Source of the DNA: Candidatus Krumholzibacteriia bacterium
GTDB lineage: Bacteria; Krumholzibacteriota; Krumholzibacteriia; LZORAL124-64-63
Assembly: GCA_046484865.1 (NCBI GenBank)
Contig: JAWOID010000074.1
Coordinates: forward strand, 1-33,562
Direction: 5' to 3'
DNA length: 33,562 bases
Program-made: the position numbers and the translations under genes
Notes under the pieces: model-generated
The model's database searches: none
What the model was told of the DNA's origin: nothing
Seen by the model: only the letters and a program-made list of their open reading frames with translations
Part shown: one piece after another, positions 10,864-21,779 of the stretch
How positions within the stretch are numbered: the first letter of the stretch is position 1
Layout: each line of letters starts with the position of its first letter

Positions 10864-11247
10864 GTGGACCGGACCATCATCCAGACCAACCGGGCGCCCG
10901 CCGCCATCGGTCCGTACAGCCAGGGCGTCCAGGCCGGCGGGTGGGTCTTCACCGCCGGTCAGATCCCGCTGGACCCCGCGACCGGCGAACTGGTGGGCAC
11001 CACGGCGCCGGAGCAGACCCGGCAGTGCCTGCTCAATGCGCGGGCCATCATCGAGGCGGGCGGCCTTTCGCTGGCCACCGTGGTGAAGGCCACCGTGTTC
11101 ATCCGCGACATGGGGCAGTTCGCGGCGATCAACGAGGTCTACCGGGAGTTCTTCCCGGACGAGCCGCCGGCCCGCTCGGTGGTGGAGGTGTGTCGCCTGC
11201 CGAAGGACGCGCTGGTGGAGATCGAACTCGTGGCCTTCGGCGGCTAG
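10864..11247 (+). CDS. ridA: RidA/YjgF family enamine/imine deaminase
   Basis: APAAIGPYSQG, AGQIPLDP, INEVY..FF...PPARS, LPKDALVEIE; GTG start after GAGGAG. Confidence 0.93.
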   Translation: MDRTIIQTNRAPAAIGPYSQGVQAGGWVFTAGQIPLDPATGELVGTTAPEQTRQCLLNARAIIEAGGLSLATVVKATVFIRDMGQFAAINEVYREFFPDEPPARSVVEVCRLPKDALVEIELVAFGG

Positions 11248-11280
11248 CGGCGACCGGAGCGGCGACCGGATCGGCGACGG
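11248..11280. repeat. Short 12-nt tandem repeat (about 2.7 copies)
   Basis: CGGCGACCGGAG CGGCGACCGGAT CGGCGACGG immediately after the ridA stop. Confidence 0.7.
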
Positions 11281-11297
11281 CGCGGAGTGAACGCTCC

Positions 11298-11328
11298 TCC
11301 CCGGCGTCGCGGGTGCCCGCGCCGGGGG
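11298..11328 (+). terminator. GC-rich hairpin, possible terminator of glmM-glmS-ridA
   Basis: TCCCCGGCG...CGCCGGGGG stem, followed by AATTCT rather than a clean U-tract. Confidence 0.4.
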
Positions 11329-11383
11329 AATTCTCGACCGCCGCCGGCATAGCGGCAGGGTTTGCCGCGCCTGCGGTGCGGGG

Positions 11384-11412
11384 TTGCTTACGCGCTCGCG
11401 CCGCGCTAACTT
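11384..11412 (+). promoter_or_regulatory. sigma70-type promoter of selC
   Basis: TTGCTT-N17-TAACTT about 45 nt upstream of tRNA-Sec; the same TAACTT hexamer occurs upstream of hrcA. Confidence 0.6.
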
Positions 11413-11455
11413 GGCAGGCCCGCTCGATCGGTGCGCGTCCGCACCGGGTTCCGGC

Positions 11456-11553
11456 GGGAGCGAATGGGTCCTGGTGGGCCCCGGGGACTTCAAATCCCTC
11501 TGTCGGGCGCGTTTACCGTCCGAGGTGGGTTCGATTCCCACGCGTTCCCGCCA
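11456..11553 (+). tRNA. selC: tRNA-Sec (TCA)
   Basis: 98 nt; anticodon arm GGGGA-CTTCAAA-TCCCT (TCA at 11490-11492); 6-bp D stem GGGTCC/GGGCCC with 4-nt TGGT loop; long variable arm TCGGGCG/CGTCCGA; T arm GTGGG-TTCGATT-CCCAC; G discriminator and CCA. Confidence 0.93.
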
Positions 11554-11584
11554 TCCTCCCCGTGACCGGTTCCCGGGAGTCGCC

Positions 11585-12520
11585 ATGACATCGTCGGCGG
11601 CGGCCATCGTGAATCCCGCCGCGGGGACGCGCCGGCGCCGGCTGGCGCCGTCCGTCGTGGCGGAGCGGCTGCGGGCGTGCGGTCTGGAGCCCGAGATCCT
11701 CCTCACCCGCCACGCCGGACATGCCAGTGATCTGGCCCGGGCGGCCGCCGAGCGGCATCCCCTGGTCGTTGCCGTCGGCGGCGACGGCACCCTGCACGAG
11801 GTGGCGCGGGGGCTGGTGGGCACCGGCGCCACCCTGGCCGTGGTGCCGGTGGGCAGCGGGAACGATTTCGCCGCCGCTCTCGGTGCCGGCAATCCCGAAG
11901 CCGCCTGGCGGGTGGTCGCCGCCGGTGTCGGCCGCGATCTCGACGTTGGCTACTTCGGGGAGCGGCCATTCTTCAACTCGGTGGGGCTGTTCGTCAGCGG
12001 GCTCGTCTCGTGGCGGGCGGCGCGGCTGCGGCGGCCGTTCGGCCCCGCGCGATACATGGCGGCGGCGCTGGCGACACTGATCCGGGCGCGACCGACGGCA
12101 GCCGTCTGGCAGCTGGACCGGAAGCGCTGGCGCGAGGACGCCTACCTCCTGGCGGAGATCTGCAACGGGCCGCGGACCGGCGGCACGTTCTACCTCATGC
12201 CCGAGGCGGACCCCTTCGACGGCTTGCTCGGGCTCTGCCTCGTGCGCCCGCTCGGTCTGGCCGCGGCGCTGCGGCTGCTGCCGGCGGTGACCGCCGGCCG
12301 GACGGTGGACCACCCGGCGGTGGAACGCCTGCACCTGCGGGAGGGCAACCTCGTCATCACGCGGGACACGTGGGTGCACGTGGATGGGGAACCCGGCCCC
12401 CTCGCCGCCGGTATCCATTCGGTGCGGCTGCGGGCGGGAGCGCTGCGGGTGCTCGCGACGAGCGGCTTCCCGCGGCCGGAAGCGTCCGGCTCAGGGGTCG
12501 GACCGGGAGGGTCGCGATGA
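11585..12520 (+). CDS. Diacylglycerol/lipid kinase family protein (YegS/DgkB-like)
   Basis: IVNPAAG, VGGDGTLHEV, VPVGSGNDFA, FFNSVG, ICNG...GG, P.A.P.DG.L, VDGE. ATG 11585 follows GGGAG. Confidence 0.88.
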   Translation: MTSSAAAIVNPAAGTRRRRLAPSVVAERLRACGLEPEILLTRHAGHASDLARAAAERHPLVVAVGGDGTLHEVARGLVGTGATLAVVPVGSGNDFAAALGAGNPEAAWRVVAAGVGRDLDVGYFGERPFFNSVGLFVSGLVSWRAARLRRPFGPARYMAAALATLIRARPTAAVWQLDRKRWREDAYLLAEICNGPRTGGTFYLMPEADPFDGLLGLCLVRPLGLAAALRLLPAVTAGRTVDHPAVERLHLREGNLVITRDTWVHVDGEPGPLAAGIHSVRLRAGALRVLATSGFPRPEASGSGVGPGGSR

Positions 12521-13389
12521 GCGTGCGCAGATCCGGCAGCCTGCCGGCGAAGGCGCCCGGGGCCGTGGGTCCGGGGATCGCCGCCCTCGCCCGTCGAGCC
12601 ACGGCGTGCACGCTGCTCTGCCTCCTGGCGGGGCTGGCGCCGGCAACCCACGTCGCCGCGGCCGTCCCGCTGCAGAGCTCGGCGGCGGCCGACACGCTGG
12701 CGGCAGGCCCGGCCGGAGCGGCGGCGCCCGTCGCCGTTCCGCAGCCGGTTCCGACGCCGGCCGCCGCGGATACCAGCTCTGTCGGGGCGGCCGCCGCGGC
12801 CGATACCAGCGTCGTCGAACCGGACGGACGCGCCGCCGAGCGGGCCGCCGAGCGGACCGCCGAGCGGGCTGCCGACCGCGTGGCCGAGCGCGAGCGCGCC
12901 ACTGAGCGTGCCGCCGCGGCGGCGGAGCTGGACGTCTGGGGGACCGGAGTCAGCGCCACGGCGGCGGTCCTGATGACGCCGACGTTTCCCGGGTGGGGCC
13001 AGCTCTACACCGACAGCACCTGGCAAGCGGTGCTGGCCTGGGGAACGCAGACCTACTTCTGGAGCAACCTGCTCTCGCGCGATCGCAAGGCCCGCCGTGT
13101 TCGTGTCCACGCCGGCACGCTGGCGCCGGGCAGCCTCGAGCGACAGGGTTACGACGAGCTGGCCGAGGAGTACTGGGAACTCATGCGGGATTTCGCCTGG
13201 TGGTCCGGCGGTGCCCTGCTGATCATCGCCCTGGACGCGTACGTGGGCGCCAACCTCTTCCGTTTCGAAGAGGACCCGCTGCCGGTGCCGGACCGCTGGG
13301 ACGAGCAACTCGGTCGCGATCTTCCGGAGCCGCCAGGAGCGGGGGCGGCGCCCATGATCACGGTTTTCCGATGGCGGACGAGCTTCTGA
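12517..13389 (+). CDS. Exported/membrane protein with a DUF5683-like C-terminal domain
   Basis: ATGA overlap with the upstream stop; signal-peptide-like segment TLLCLLAGLAPATHVAAA; low-complexity Ala/Pro linker; AVLMTPTFPGWGQLY and IIALDAYVGANLFRF resemble DUF5683 motifs (PGxGQxY ... DAYVxAxL). Confidence 0.6.
   Translation: MSVRRSGSLPAKAPGAVGPGIAALARRATACTLLCLLAGLAPATHVAAAVPLQSSAAADTLAAGPAGAAAPVAVPQPVPTPAAADTSSVGAAAAADTSVVEPDGRAAERAAERTAERAADRVAERERATERAAAAAELDVWGTGVSATAAVLMTPTFPGWGQLYTDSTWQAVLAWGTQTYFWSNLLSRDRKARRVRVHAGTLAPGSLERQGYDELAEEYWELMRDFAWWSGGALLIIALDAYVGANLFRFEEDPLPVPDRWDEQLGRDLPEPPGAGAAPMITVFRWRTSF
12829..12888 (+). repeat. In-frame 12-nt tandem repeat (R-x-A-E/D, five copies)
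   Basis: CGCGCCGCCGAG CGGGCCGCCGAG CGGACCGCCGAG CGGGCTGCCGAC CGCGTGGCCGAG encoding RAAE RAAE RTAE RAAD RVAE. Confidence 0.8.
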
Positions 13390-13537
13390 GTTGTAGGTTT
13401 CCGCTGCGGGCGCCGCGCCGCCCGCCCACCCCGACGCCGCGAGCGGCGGCCGGGTGCGGGCCCGGAGCACGGCCGCCGGTGACGGGACGGCACGATTCAC
13501 GACGGCGGCACGGAGCCGCCGCGAAGCCAGGACAGGG

Positions 13538-15334
<1,797 letters not shown>

Positions 15335-15365
15335 GACCTGCGCAACCCGGAGCAAGGACGGCACG

Positions 15366-16445
15366 ATGAGCGAGAGAGAATCGGCCATGAATCGCAAGAA
15401 GGCGGGCGGGATCGTGCGCGGCGACGGTCGCGCGGGAACAGGCGATCCTGCGCGCGGTGCCGCCGGAGGCGGCCGCGTGCACACCCGCGGATCGTGGCGC
15501 AGCACGGTGCGCGAGTACGCGCGCGCGATCCTCATGGCCCTGTTCATCGCGCTGCTGGTGAGGCAGTTCGCCTTCCAGGCCTTCCGGATCCCGTCGGGGT
15601 CCATGCGCGAGACGCTGATGGAGGGCGATTTCCTCTTCGTGAACAAGTTCCTGTACGGCGCCACCACGCCCAAGCGGTTGCGCGTCCTCGGCCGCACCCT
15701 GGTCGACCACGTGCCGTACACGTCGCTGCCGGCGCTGCGGCAGCCGCGGCAGGGCGACATCATCGTCTTCGAGTGGCCGGAGGACCCCAGCCAGGACTAC
15801 ATCAAGCGGACCGTGGCCGCGGCCGGCGATCGGCTGGAGGTGCGGGACGGCGTGCTGGCCGTGAACGGGGCGGTCTACGAGTCGAATTTCGGCGACCGTG
15901 ACGGCGACCACTCGTGCATCCCCGATCCGCCCGATCCTGACGTGTGCCCGCCGCCGCGCAGCCTGCGCATGACCGGTGGCTGGCGGCCGTCCGCCGGCGT
16001 GGTGGACACCCGCTGGCAGTTCGGCCTGTGGGAAGGACTGATGGTGGCGCAGCGTCGCGCCCATCACGACTACCACCGGCGGCAGTTCGGGCTGGTGGCA
16101 CGGGCGGCGCTGGACGCCGGCGTGTTCCCGGACCCGGAGCGGGTGCGCCCGCACGTGGAGGCGCTCCACTCGGCCGCGCTCGAGCGGCGAGATCTGCCGT
16201 ACACCGAGCGCGTGCGCCACGAGCAGGTCATCCTGGCAGCGGCGGAGGCACACGAGTTGCCGTACGTCGTGCCCGCCGGGCACATCTTCATGATGGGCGA
16301 CAACCGGTTCAACTCTCAGGACAGCCGCGTGTGGGGCGCTCTGGATACGGATCTCATCCGCGGCAAGGCGGAGTTCATCTACTTCTCCTTCGACTGGGAC
16401 CGCAAGCTGCCGCGCATCGCGCGCGTCGGCGACATCATCCGCTGA
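15366..16445 (+). CDS. lepB: Signal peptidase I
   Basis: TM segment then AFRIPSGSM (Ser nucleophile), GDIIVF, YIKR (Lys base), MGDNRFNSQDSRVWG; follows lepA. Start could be 15366 or 15387. Confidence 0.93.
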   Translation: MSERESAMNRKKAGGIVRGDGRAGTGDPARGAAGGGRVHTRGSWRSTVREYARAILMALFIALLVRQFAFQAFRIPSGSMRETLMEGDFLFVNKFLYGATTPKRLRVLGRTLVDHVPYTSLPALRQPRQGDIIVFEWPEDPSQDYIKRTVAAAGDRLEVRDGVLAVNGAVYESNFGDRDGDHSCIPDPPDPDVCPPPRSLRMTGGWRPSAGVVDTRWQFGLWEGLMVAQRRAHHDYHRRQFGLVARAALDAGVFPDPERVRPHVEALHSAALERRDLPYTERVRHEQVILAAAEAHELPYVVPAGHIFMMGDNRFNSQDSRVWGALDTDLIRGKAEFIYFSFDWDRKLPRIARVGDIIR

Positions 16446-16446
16446 G

Positions 16447-17613
16447 ATGGGCGGCGACGACACGACCAGGGAGGCGGCCGACCGGCGCGGCGGCAGCCTC
16501 TACGTGCACGTCCCCTTCTGCAGCAGCGTCTGCCGCTACTGCCACTTTCCGCGCACCGCGGCGCACGATCCGTCGCTGCGGCGGCGGCTGGTGAGCGCGG
16601 TGGTGAGGGAACTGACCCTGCGGCGGGCGGACTGCGACGTGCTCGCCCGCGGGACGCGCCCGCTGCTCACCGCGTACGTGGGAGGCGGCACGCCCTCGGT
16701 CCTCGAGCCCGAGCTGTTCGCGGAACTGCTGGCCGGCACGGTGGGGACGCTGTTCACGGCGCCCGATTTCGAACTGACCGCCGAGGCCAACCCCGAGAGC
16801 TTCGACGAGCGGGTGGCCGCCGCGTGGCGCGAGGCCGGCGTGCAGCGGGTCGGCCTCGGGGTGCAGAGCCTCACCCCGGTGGTGCTGCGCCGCCTCGGAC
16901 GCGCCTGCGACCCCGCGACCGCCCGCGCGGCGCTGGTGCGGGCCGTCCGGTACTTCCAGCGGGTGTCCGCCGACTGGATCCTCGCGCCGGGCGTCACCCT
17001 GGCCACGCTGGCGGCGGAACTGGACGAGGCGCTCGACCTGGGCGTGGAACACGTCTCGCTCTACATCCTGGAGGTGCACGCGGGCACGCCGCTGGCCGGG
17101 GACGTGGCCGCCGGGCGCCTGCGCCTCCCGACGGAGCGTGCCTGGGAGGTCCTGTACCTCGGTGCCGTGGAGCACCTCGAAGCGCGCGGTCTGCGCCAGT
17201 ACGAGGTGGCGAGCTTCGCGCGGCCGGGCGCCGAGTCGCGTCACAACGGCGGCTACTGGACGCTGCGGCCCTACCTGGGGCTGGGGCCGGGCGCCCACGG
17301 GTACTGGGGACGGCGGCGATACGAGAACCTGCGGGATCCGTCGGCCTACTGCGACGCCGTGGAGGCGGGCCGGCTGCCGGAGGAGACGGTGGATCCACTC
17401 GACCGGCGCGCCCGGCGCCTCGAGGGGCTCATCCTCCCGCTGCGCACCGCGGACGGCGTGCCGCTGGCGAGCCTGCCGCCCGGCGCCCTCGATCTGCCGC
17501 GGGGCGAACTCGAGGGTCTCTGGCGCGTGGAGGGCGACCGGCTGAGGCTCACGCCGCGGGGCTTCCTGCGCCTCGATGCGCTGGAGGAACTCCTGGCGCG
17601 CGCGCTCGGTTGA
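16447..17613 (+). CDS. hemW: Radical SAM family heme chaperone HemW
   Basis: LYVHVPFC-x3-C-x2-C, GGGTPS, EANP, YEVASFA, HNGGYW (HNxxYW HemW signature), YLGLGPGAHG; positioned between lepA and hrcA. Confidence 0.85.
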   Translation: MGGDDTTREAADRRGGSLYVHVPFCSSVCRYCHFPRTAAHDPSLRRRLVSAVVRELTLRRADCDVLARGTRPLLTAYVGGGTPSVLEPELFAELLAGTVGTLFTAPDFELTAEANPESFDERVAAAWREAGVQRVGLGVQSLTPVVLRRLGRACDPATARAALVRAVRYFQRVSADWILAPGVTLATLAAELDEALDLGVEHVSLYILEVHAGTPLAGDVAAGRLRLPTERAWEVLYLGAVEHLEARGLRQYEVASFARPGAESRHNGGYWTLRPYLGLGPGAHGYWGRRRYENLRDPSAYCDAVEAGRLPEETVDPLDRRARRLEGLILPLRTADGVPLASLPPGALDLPRGELEGLWRVEGDRLRLTPRGFLRLDALEELLARALG

Positions 17614-17639
17614 CAGTGCGGAAAACGTCGTCGTAACTT
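17610..17639 (+). promoter_or_regulatory. sigma70-type promoter of hrcA-grpE-dnaJ
   Basis: TTGACA (17610-17615, overlapping the hemW stop) N18 TAACTT (17634-17639). Confidence 0.6.
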
Positions 17640-17730
17640 GTCCCCCGACACGGCGGCGGAGCCGGCGCCCGACACTCGCGGCGCCGGCGCCACGCCCGGA
17701 GGCCCGCGTGTTCACGCTGACGAGAACGCC

Positions 17731-18768
17731 ATGAAGAGCACGGATACCCGCAGCCAGGAGATCCTGGACGCCGTCGTGCGCCTGAACGTGGAGACCGGTC
17801 GGCCGGTGAGTTCCGGCCTGGTCGCCCGTGCTCTCGGCCGTCGCTACTCCTCGGCCACCGTCCGCACCGTGATGAAGCGGCTGGAGGACGACGGGCTGCT
17901 GGTGCAGCCGCACACCTCGGCCGGACGCACGCCGACCGACGCCGGTTTCCGCGAGTTCGTCGACCACCTGCAGCGCGGCTGGCCCGTCGTGGGCTGGGAG
18001 CCGCCGCGTTTCCTGCGCCAGCGCGTCGACGAGAGCCTGCGTGCCACTGCCGGCAGCCACGAGTTGATGAAGGTCCTGGCCGGTCTGCTGAGCCAGCTCA
18101 CCGACAACATCAGCATCGTGCTCGGCCCCGGCTGGGACACCGTGCGCGCCCAGCGCGTGGACCTGTACCCGAAGGAGGGTGGCCGCATCCTCATGGTGCT
18201 GGTGCTGGAGAACGCCATGGTGCGGACCGTCCTGGTCGCGTTGCCGGAGGCCTACCCGGCGGTGGTGGTGGAGGCGGCCGGCACCATCCTGTCGGAGCGG
18301 GTCGCCGGCCGCACCGTGGGCGACATCCGCCGCGGCGTGCTCACCTCGCTGGAGATCTCGGTGGGGCCGGCCGCGCGCTGCGCCCGCGAGCTGATCCAGC
18401 GCGGCCGCGCGCTGTTCGACGAGCTCGAGGAGGGAGAGCTGGAGCTGGAGGGCGTGGAGAGGGTGCTCGATCAGCCGGAGTTCTCCGACCCCGAGCCGCT
18501 CAAGGCGCTCGTGCGCTTCATCGAATCGCCGCGCAGCATCCGGGACGCGCTGAACCAGCTCGATCGCCAGACGGAGGGGGCGCTGGGAGTGTGGATCGGC
18601 ACCGAGAATCCGCTGGACTCGCTACGTCCCTTCGGGCTCGTCCTGCATCGTTGCGAACTCGACGGCCGACGGGCCATCATGGCCGTGCTCGGCCCCCGGC
18701 GCATGCCCTACCAGCGCGCCTTCACCGGGATCGATGTCCTGCAGCGCTCCTTGCAGGGACTGAGCTGA
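17731..18768 (+). CDS. hrcA: Heat-inducible transcription repressor
   Basis: EIL.AVV...VETGRPVSS, SSATVR..M..LE..GLL.QPHTSAGR.PTD.GFR.FVD, QPEF, IG.EN, VLGPRRMPY. ATG 17731 preferred over TTG 17638. Confidence 0.93.
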   Translation: MKSTDTRSQEILDAVVRLNVETGRPVSSGLVARALGRRYSSATVRTVMKRLEDDGLLVQPHTSAGRTPTDAGFREFVDHLQRGWPVVGWEPPRFLRQRVDESLRATAGSHELMKVLAGLLSQLTDNISIVLGPGWDTVRAQRVDLYPKEGGRILMVLVLENAMVRTVLVALPEAYPAVVVEAAGTILSERVAGRTVGDIRRGVLTSLEISVGPAARCARELIQRGRALFDELEEGELELEGVERVLDQPEFSDPEPLKALVRFIESPRSIRDALNQLDRQTEGALGVWIGTENPLDSLRPFGLVLHRCELDGRRAIMAVLGPRRMPYQRAFTGIDVLQRSLQGLS

Positions 18769-18786
18769 TTGCAGGGACTGAGCTGA
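18751..18786. repeat. Perfect 18-bp tandem duplication of the hrcA 3' end
   Basis: TTGCAGGGACTGAGCTGA at 18751-18768 and again at 18769-18786. Confidence 0.95.
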
Positions 18787-18865
18787 GCGACACCGCCGCC
18801 GGCGGTCGCCCGGAGCGCGGTCAGCGGCGCCGTACACCCGCTTGCGCAGGAAAGGATGCTGGACC

Positions 18866-19636
18866 ATGGCGAGCAGGAAGAAGGGACGCGACCGGCAGCA
18901 GGACGCGAGCGGAGACGTTCGCCGCGCCCGCGAGGCGGCGGACGGCGAGCGGGAACCCGCCAGCGGGAGCGGCCGGGAGGGTGGACCATACGAGCCCGGC
19001 GCGGCCGGTTCCGAGACCGTGGAGCCGCTGGCGGAGGAGCCGGAGGTGCGCAAGCCGGACGTGTTCGAGCCGGAGGTGCTCGAACCCGAGCCGCTCGACC
19101 CGGCCGCTGCCGCGGCCCGGCAGGACCGGGACGTCGGCGGTGACGGCGGCGGGCCCGATCGCGCGGAATTCGAGCAGGCGCAGCGGGAACGGGACGAGTT
19201 CCGCGACCGCTGGTTGCGGGCTGCCGCCGAGCAGGAGAACCTGCGGCGGCGGATGATGCGGGAGCTGGACGACGCCCGGCGGTTCGCGACGGCCGATCTG
19301 CTGCGGCGCTTCCTGGACGTGCAGGACAACTTCGAGCGGGCGCTGCAGAGCATGGCGGTCGCCGATACCGAGGGCGAGGTCGCCTCGCCACAGCAACTGA
19401 CCGACCTGCGCAAGGGCATCGAGCTGATCTTCCAGAACTTCCAGGCCATCATGGCCGAGGCCGGCCTCGCCCGCATCGAGGCGCGCGGCGCCGAGTTCGA
19501 TCCACGCCTGCACGAGGCGGTCGGGCACCGGGAACTGGAAGGAGCCGAGAGCGGCACCGTGGTGGACGTGCTGCAGGAGGGATACACTCTGGGCGAGCTG
19601 GTGGTCCGGCCCAGTCGCGTGCTGGTGGCCCCGTGA
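18866..19636 (+). CDS. grpE: Nucleotide exchange factor GrpE
   Basis: [55 protein letters not shown]; long acidic N-terminal extension; ATG 18866 after AAAGGA. Confidence 0.92.
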   Translation: MASRKKGRDRQQDASGDVRRAREAADGEREPASGSGREGGPYEPGAAGSETVEPLAEEPEVRKPDVFEPEVLEPEPLDPAAAAARQDRDVGGDGGGPDRAEFEQAQRERDEFRDRWLRAAAEQENLRRRMMRELDDARRFATADLLRRFLDVQDNFERALQSMAVADTEGEVASPQQLTDLRKGIELIFQNFQAIMAEAGLARIEARGAEFDPRLHEAVGHRELEGAESGTVVDVLQEGYTLGELVVRPSRVLVAP

Positions 19637-19709
19637 CGGGCGACAGTGCGATGACCGGCCGGCGCCGGCGATCCCGCGGCTGCGTCGAGCGGCCGGGACG
19701 GAGCGACGC

Positions 19710-20876
19710 ATGACTCCCAGGCGCGACTACTACGAGGTGCTTGGCCTCGATCGCGACGCGACCGCGACCGACGTCAAGAAGGCGTACCGCAAGCTGGCCG
19801 TGAAGTATCATCCGGACCGCAACCCGGACGACCCCGAGGCGCCGGAGAAGTTCCGGGAGGCCACCGAGGCCTACGAGGTTCTCAAGGACGAGCAGAAGCG
19901 CGCGCAGTACGATCGCTTCGGCCATGCCCCCGAGGGCCAGTTCGCCGGCGGCGGTTTCGGGCCGGGCGGCTTCGGGGCCGGCGGCTTCGGGATCGATCTG
20001 AACGAGGCCCTCGAGGCCTTCATGCGCAATTTCGGCGGCTTCGGCGGCGGTGGCGGCGGCGGCGGCTTCGGCGACATGTTCGGCGGCGGGGGCATGGATG
20101 CGACCGCGCACCGCCGCGGTCGCGACCTGCAGATCGCGCTGCGCCTCACGCTGAAGGAGGCGGCCTCGGGAGCGCGCAAGAAGCTGAAGATCCGCAAGCA
20201 GGTGGCGTGCGACCACTGCTCGGGCAGCGGGGCCGAGCCGGGGACGAGCGCCACGGCGTGCCCTCAGTGCGGCGGCGCCGGCCGCGTGCGCCAGGTCCGC
20301 CGCACGCTGCTGGGCCAGATGGTCACCGAGACCGCGTGCCCGCGCTGCGGCGGCCGCGGCCAGATCGTGCTGGACCCGTGCAGCGAGTGCAACGGCACCG
20401 GCACCGTGCGCGGCGAGGAGACCCTGGAGATCACCGTGCCGGCAGGCGTCAGCACCGGCAACTACATGGATCTGGCCGGCAAGGGCGACACGGGCAGCCA
20501 GGGCGGGCCGGCCGGCAACCTGCGCGTGCTGATGGAAGTGCTCGAGGACGATCTCTTCGAGCGGCACGGCGATGACGTGCTGATCGACCTGCCCGTCTCC
20601 CCGGTGGACCTCATGCTCGGCACCCGCGTGCGCGTACCCACGCTCGACGGCGAGGTGGCGCTCAAGATCCCTCCCGGTACCCAGTCCCACAAGATCTTCC
20701 GCATGCGCGGCAAGGGGATCGCGCGCCTGAACCGGGGCGGCAGCGGCGACCAGCTCGTGCGCGTCATCGCCTGGACCCCCGGCGATCTGAGCCGCGACCA
20801 GAAGCAGTGCCTCGAAGGCATTCGCGATGATCTCGCCCGGCAGGTGCCCGCCCCGGGACGGCACATCTACGACTGA
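19710..20876 (+). CDS. dnaJ: Chaperone DnaJ
   Basis: DYYEVLG, HPD motif (YHPDRN), G/F-rich linker, four CxxCxGxG repeats, C-terminal domain. Confidence 0.97.
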   Translation: MTPRRDYYEVLGLDRDATATDVKKAYRKLAVKYHPDRNPDDPEAPEKFREATEAYEVLKDEQKRAQYDRFGHAPEGQFAGGGFGPGGFGAGGFGIDLNEALEAFMRNFGGFGGGGGGGGFGDMFGGGGMDATAHRRGRDLQIALRLTLKEAASGARKKLKIRKQVACDHCSGSGAEPGTSATACPQCGGAGRVRQVRRTLLGQMVTETACPRCGGRGQIVLDPCSECNGTGTVRGEETLEITVPAGVSTGNYMDLAGKGDTGSQGGPAGNLRVLMEVLEDDLFERHGDDVLIDLPVSPVDLMLGTRVRVPTLDGEVALKIPPGTQSHKIFRMRGKGIARLNRGGSGDQLVRVIAWTPGDLSRDQKQCLEGIRDDLARQVPAPGRHIYD

Positions 20877-20929
20877 CGCGGGGCGGCGGGCCCCGCGACA
20901 CGAAACCCCTGCCGAGCCGAGGTGCCGAG

Positions 20930-21706
20930 GTGCGGCTCTTCTACCTGCCGGACGACGCCGATCCGCGCGCGGGCGACGAGGTCTGCCTCGAGGCCGAGGA
21001 GAGCCGCCACCTGTGCACGGTTTTGCGTGCGCAGGCCGGCGACGTCCTGGAACTCACCGACGGCCGCGGCCATCTCTTCACGGCGCGCCTGCTGGACGGC
21101 CGCGGCCGCCAGGCCCGGGTCCGGGTGGAGGACCGCCGCGAGGCGCGGGAGGAGACGAGGCCGCCGCGCCTGCGACTGGCCTGCGCCGTGGTCAAGGGAC
21201 GGCGGTTCGAGTCGGCGCTGGAGAAGGCGGTGGAGCTGGGCGTGCACGAGGTGGTGCCGCTGCTCACCCGGCGCGGCGAGGTGCGGCCGGGCGACGGCAA
21301 GCAGGAGCGCTGGCGCGGCATCGTGCGCGCGGCGGTGAAACAGGCCCGTCGCGCCCTCGCGCCGGAGCTGGCGGCGCCCGCACCGCTGAGCGGCGTGCTG
21401 ACCGGCGATCGGGGCTCGGTATTCTGGGGTGCCGTACCGGGCGATCTGCCTGCCGCGGCGGCGGCGACGGTGGTATCCTGGAGCGAGCTGCCGGGGCGCG
21501 TCGAGGCGTCGGTAGCCCCGGACTGGCTCACCTTCGTCGTCGGTCCCGAGGGCGGGTTCACGGGGGCGGAACGCGAGTTGCTGGTGACGCGGGGGGCGGT
21601 TCCGGTGAGTCTCGGTCCGCACGTCCTTCGCACCGAGACCGCCGCGCTGGCGGGGCTGCTCGCCCTGCAGGCGTTGCGGGTGGCCTGGCACCGCCGGGTC
21701 CGGTGA
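20930..21706 (+). CDS. rsmE: 16S rRNA m3U1498 methyltransferase
   Basis: HL.TVLR, DGRG, EKAVELGV, AVKQARR, VGPEGGFT..E, SLGPHVLRTETA; GTG start. Confidence 0.93.
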   Translation: MRLFYLPDDADPRAGDEVCLEAEESRHLCTVLRAQAGDVLELTDGRGHLFTARLLDGRGRQARVRVEDRREAREETRPPRLRLACAVVKGRRFESALEKAVELGVHEVVPLLTRRGEVRPGDGKQERWRGIVRAAVKQARRALAPELAAPAPLSGVLTGDRGSVFWGAVPGDLPAAAAATVVSWSELPGRVEASVAPDWLTFVVGPEGGFTGAERELLVTRGAVPVSLGPHVLRTETAALAGLLALQALRVAWHRRVR

Positions 21707-21779
21707 CGGCGCCAGGGGAGTGACGAGGGCCGGCTCGCCACGACGAGGGCGATCCGGACATCCGAAGGAGACGAGAAGC

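Noticed and set aside
11248..12888. CRISPR array in the short repeats near ridA and in the DUF5683-like gene
   Set aside because: Units are 12 nt, contiguous and spacer-less, and no cas genes are present.
17640..17730. CIRCE operator upstream of hrcA
   Set aside because: Only a partial half-site (GACACTC); no GAGTGC arm 9 nt downstream.
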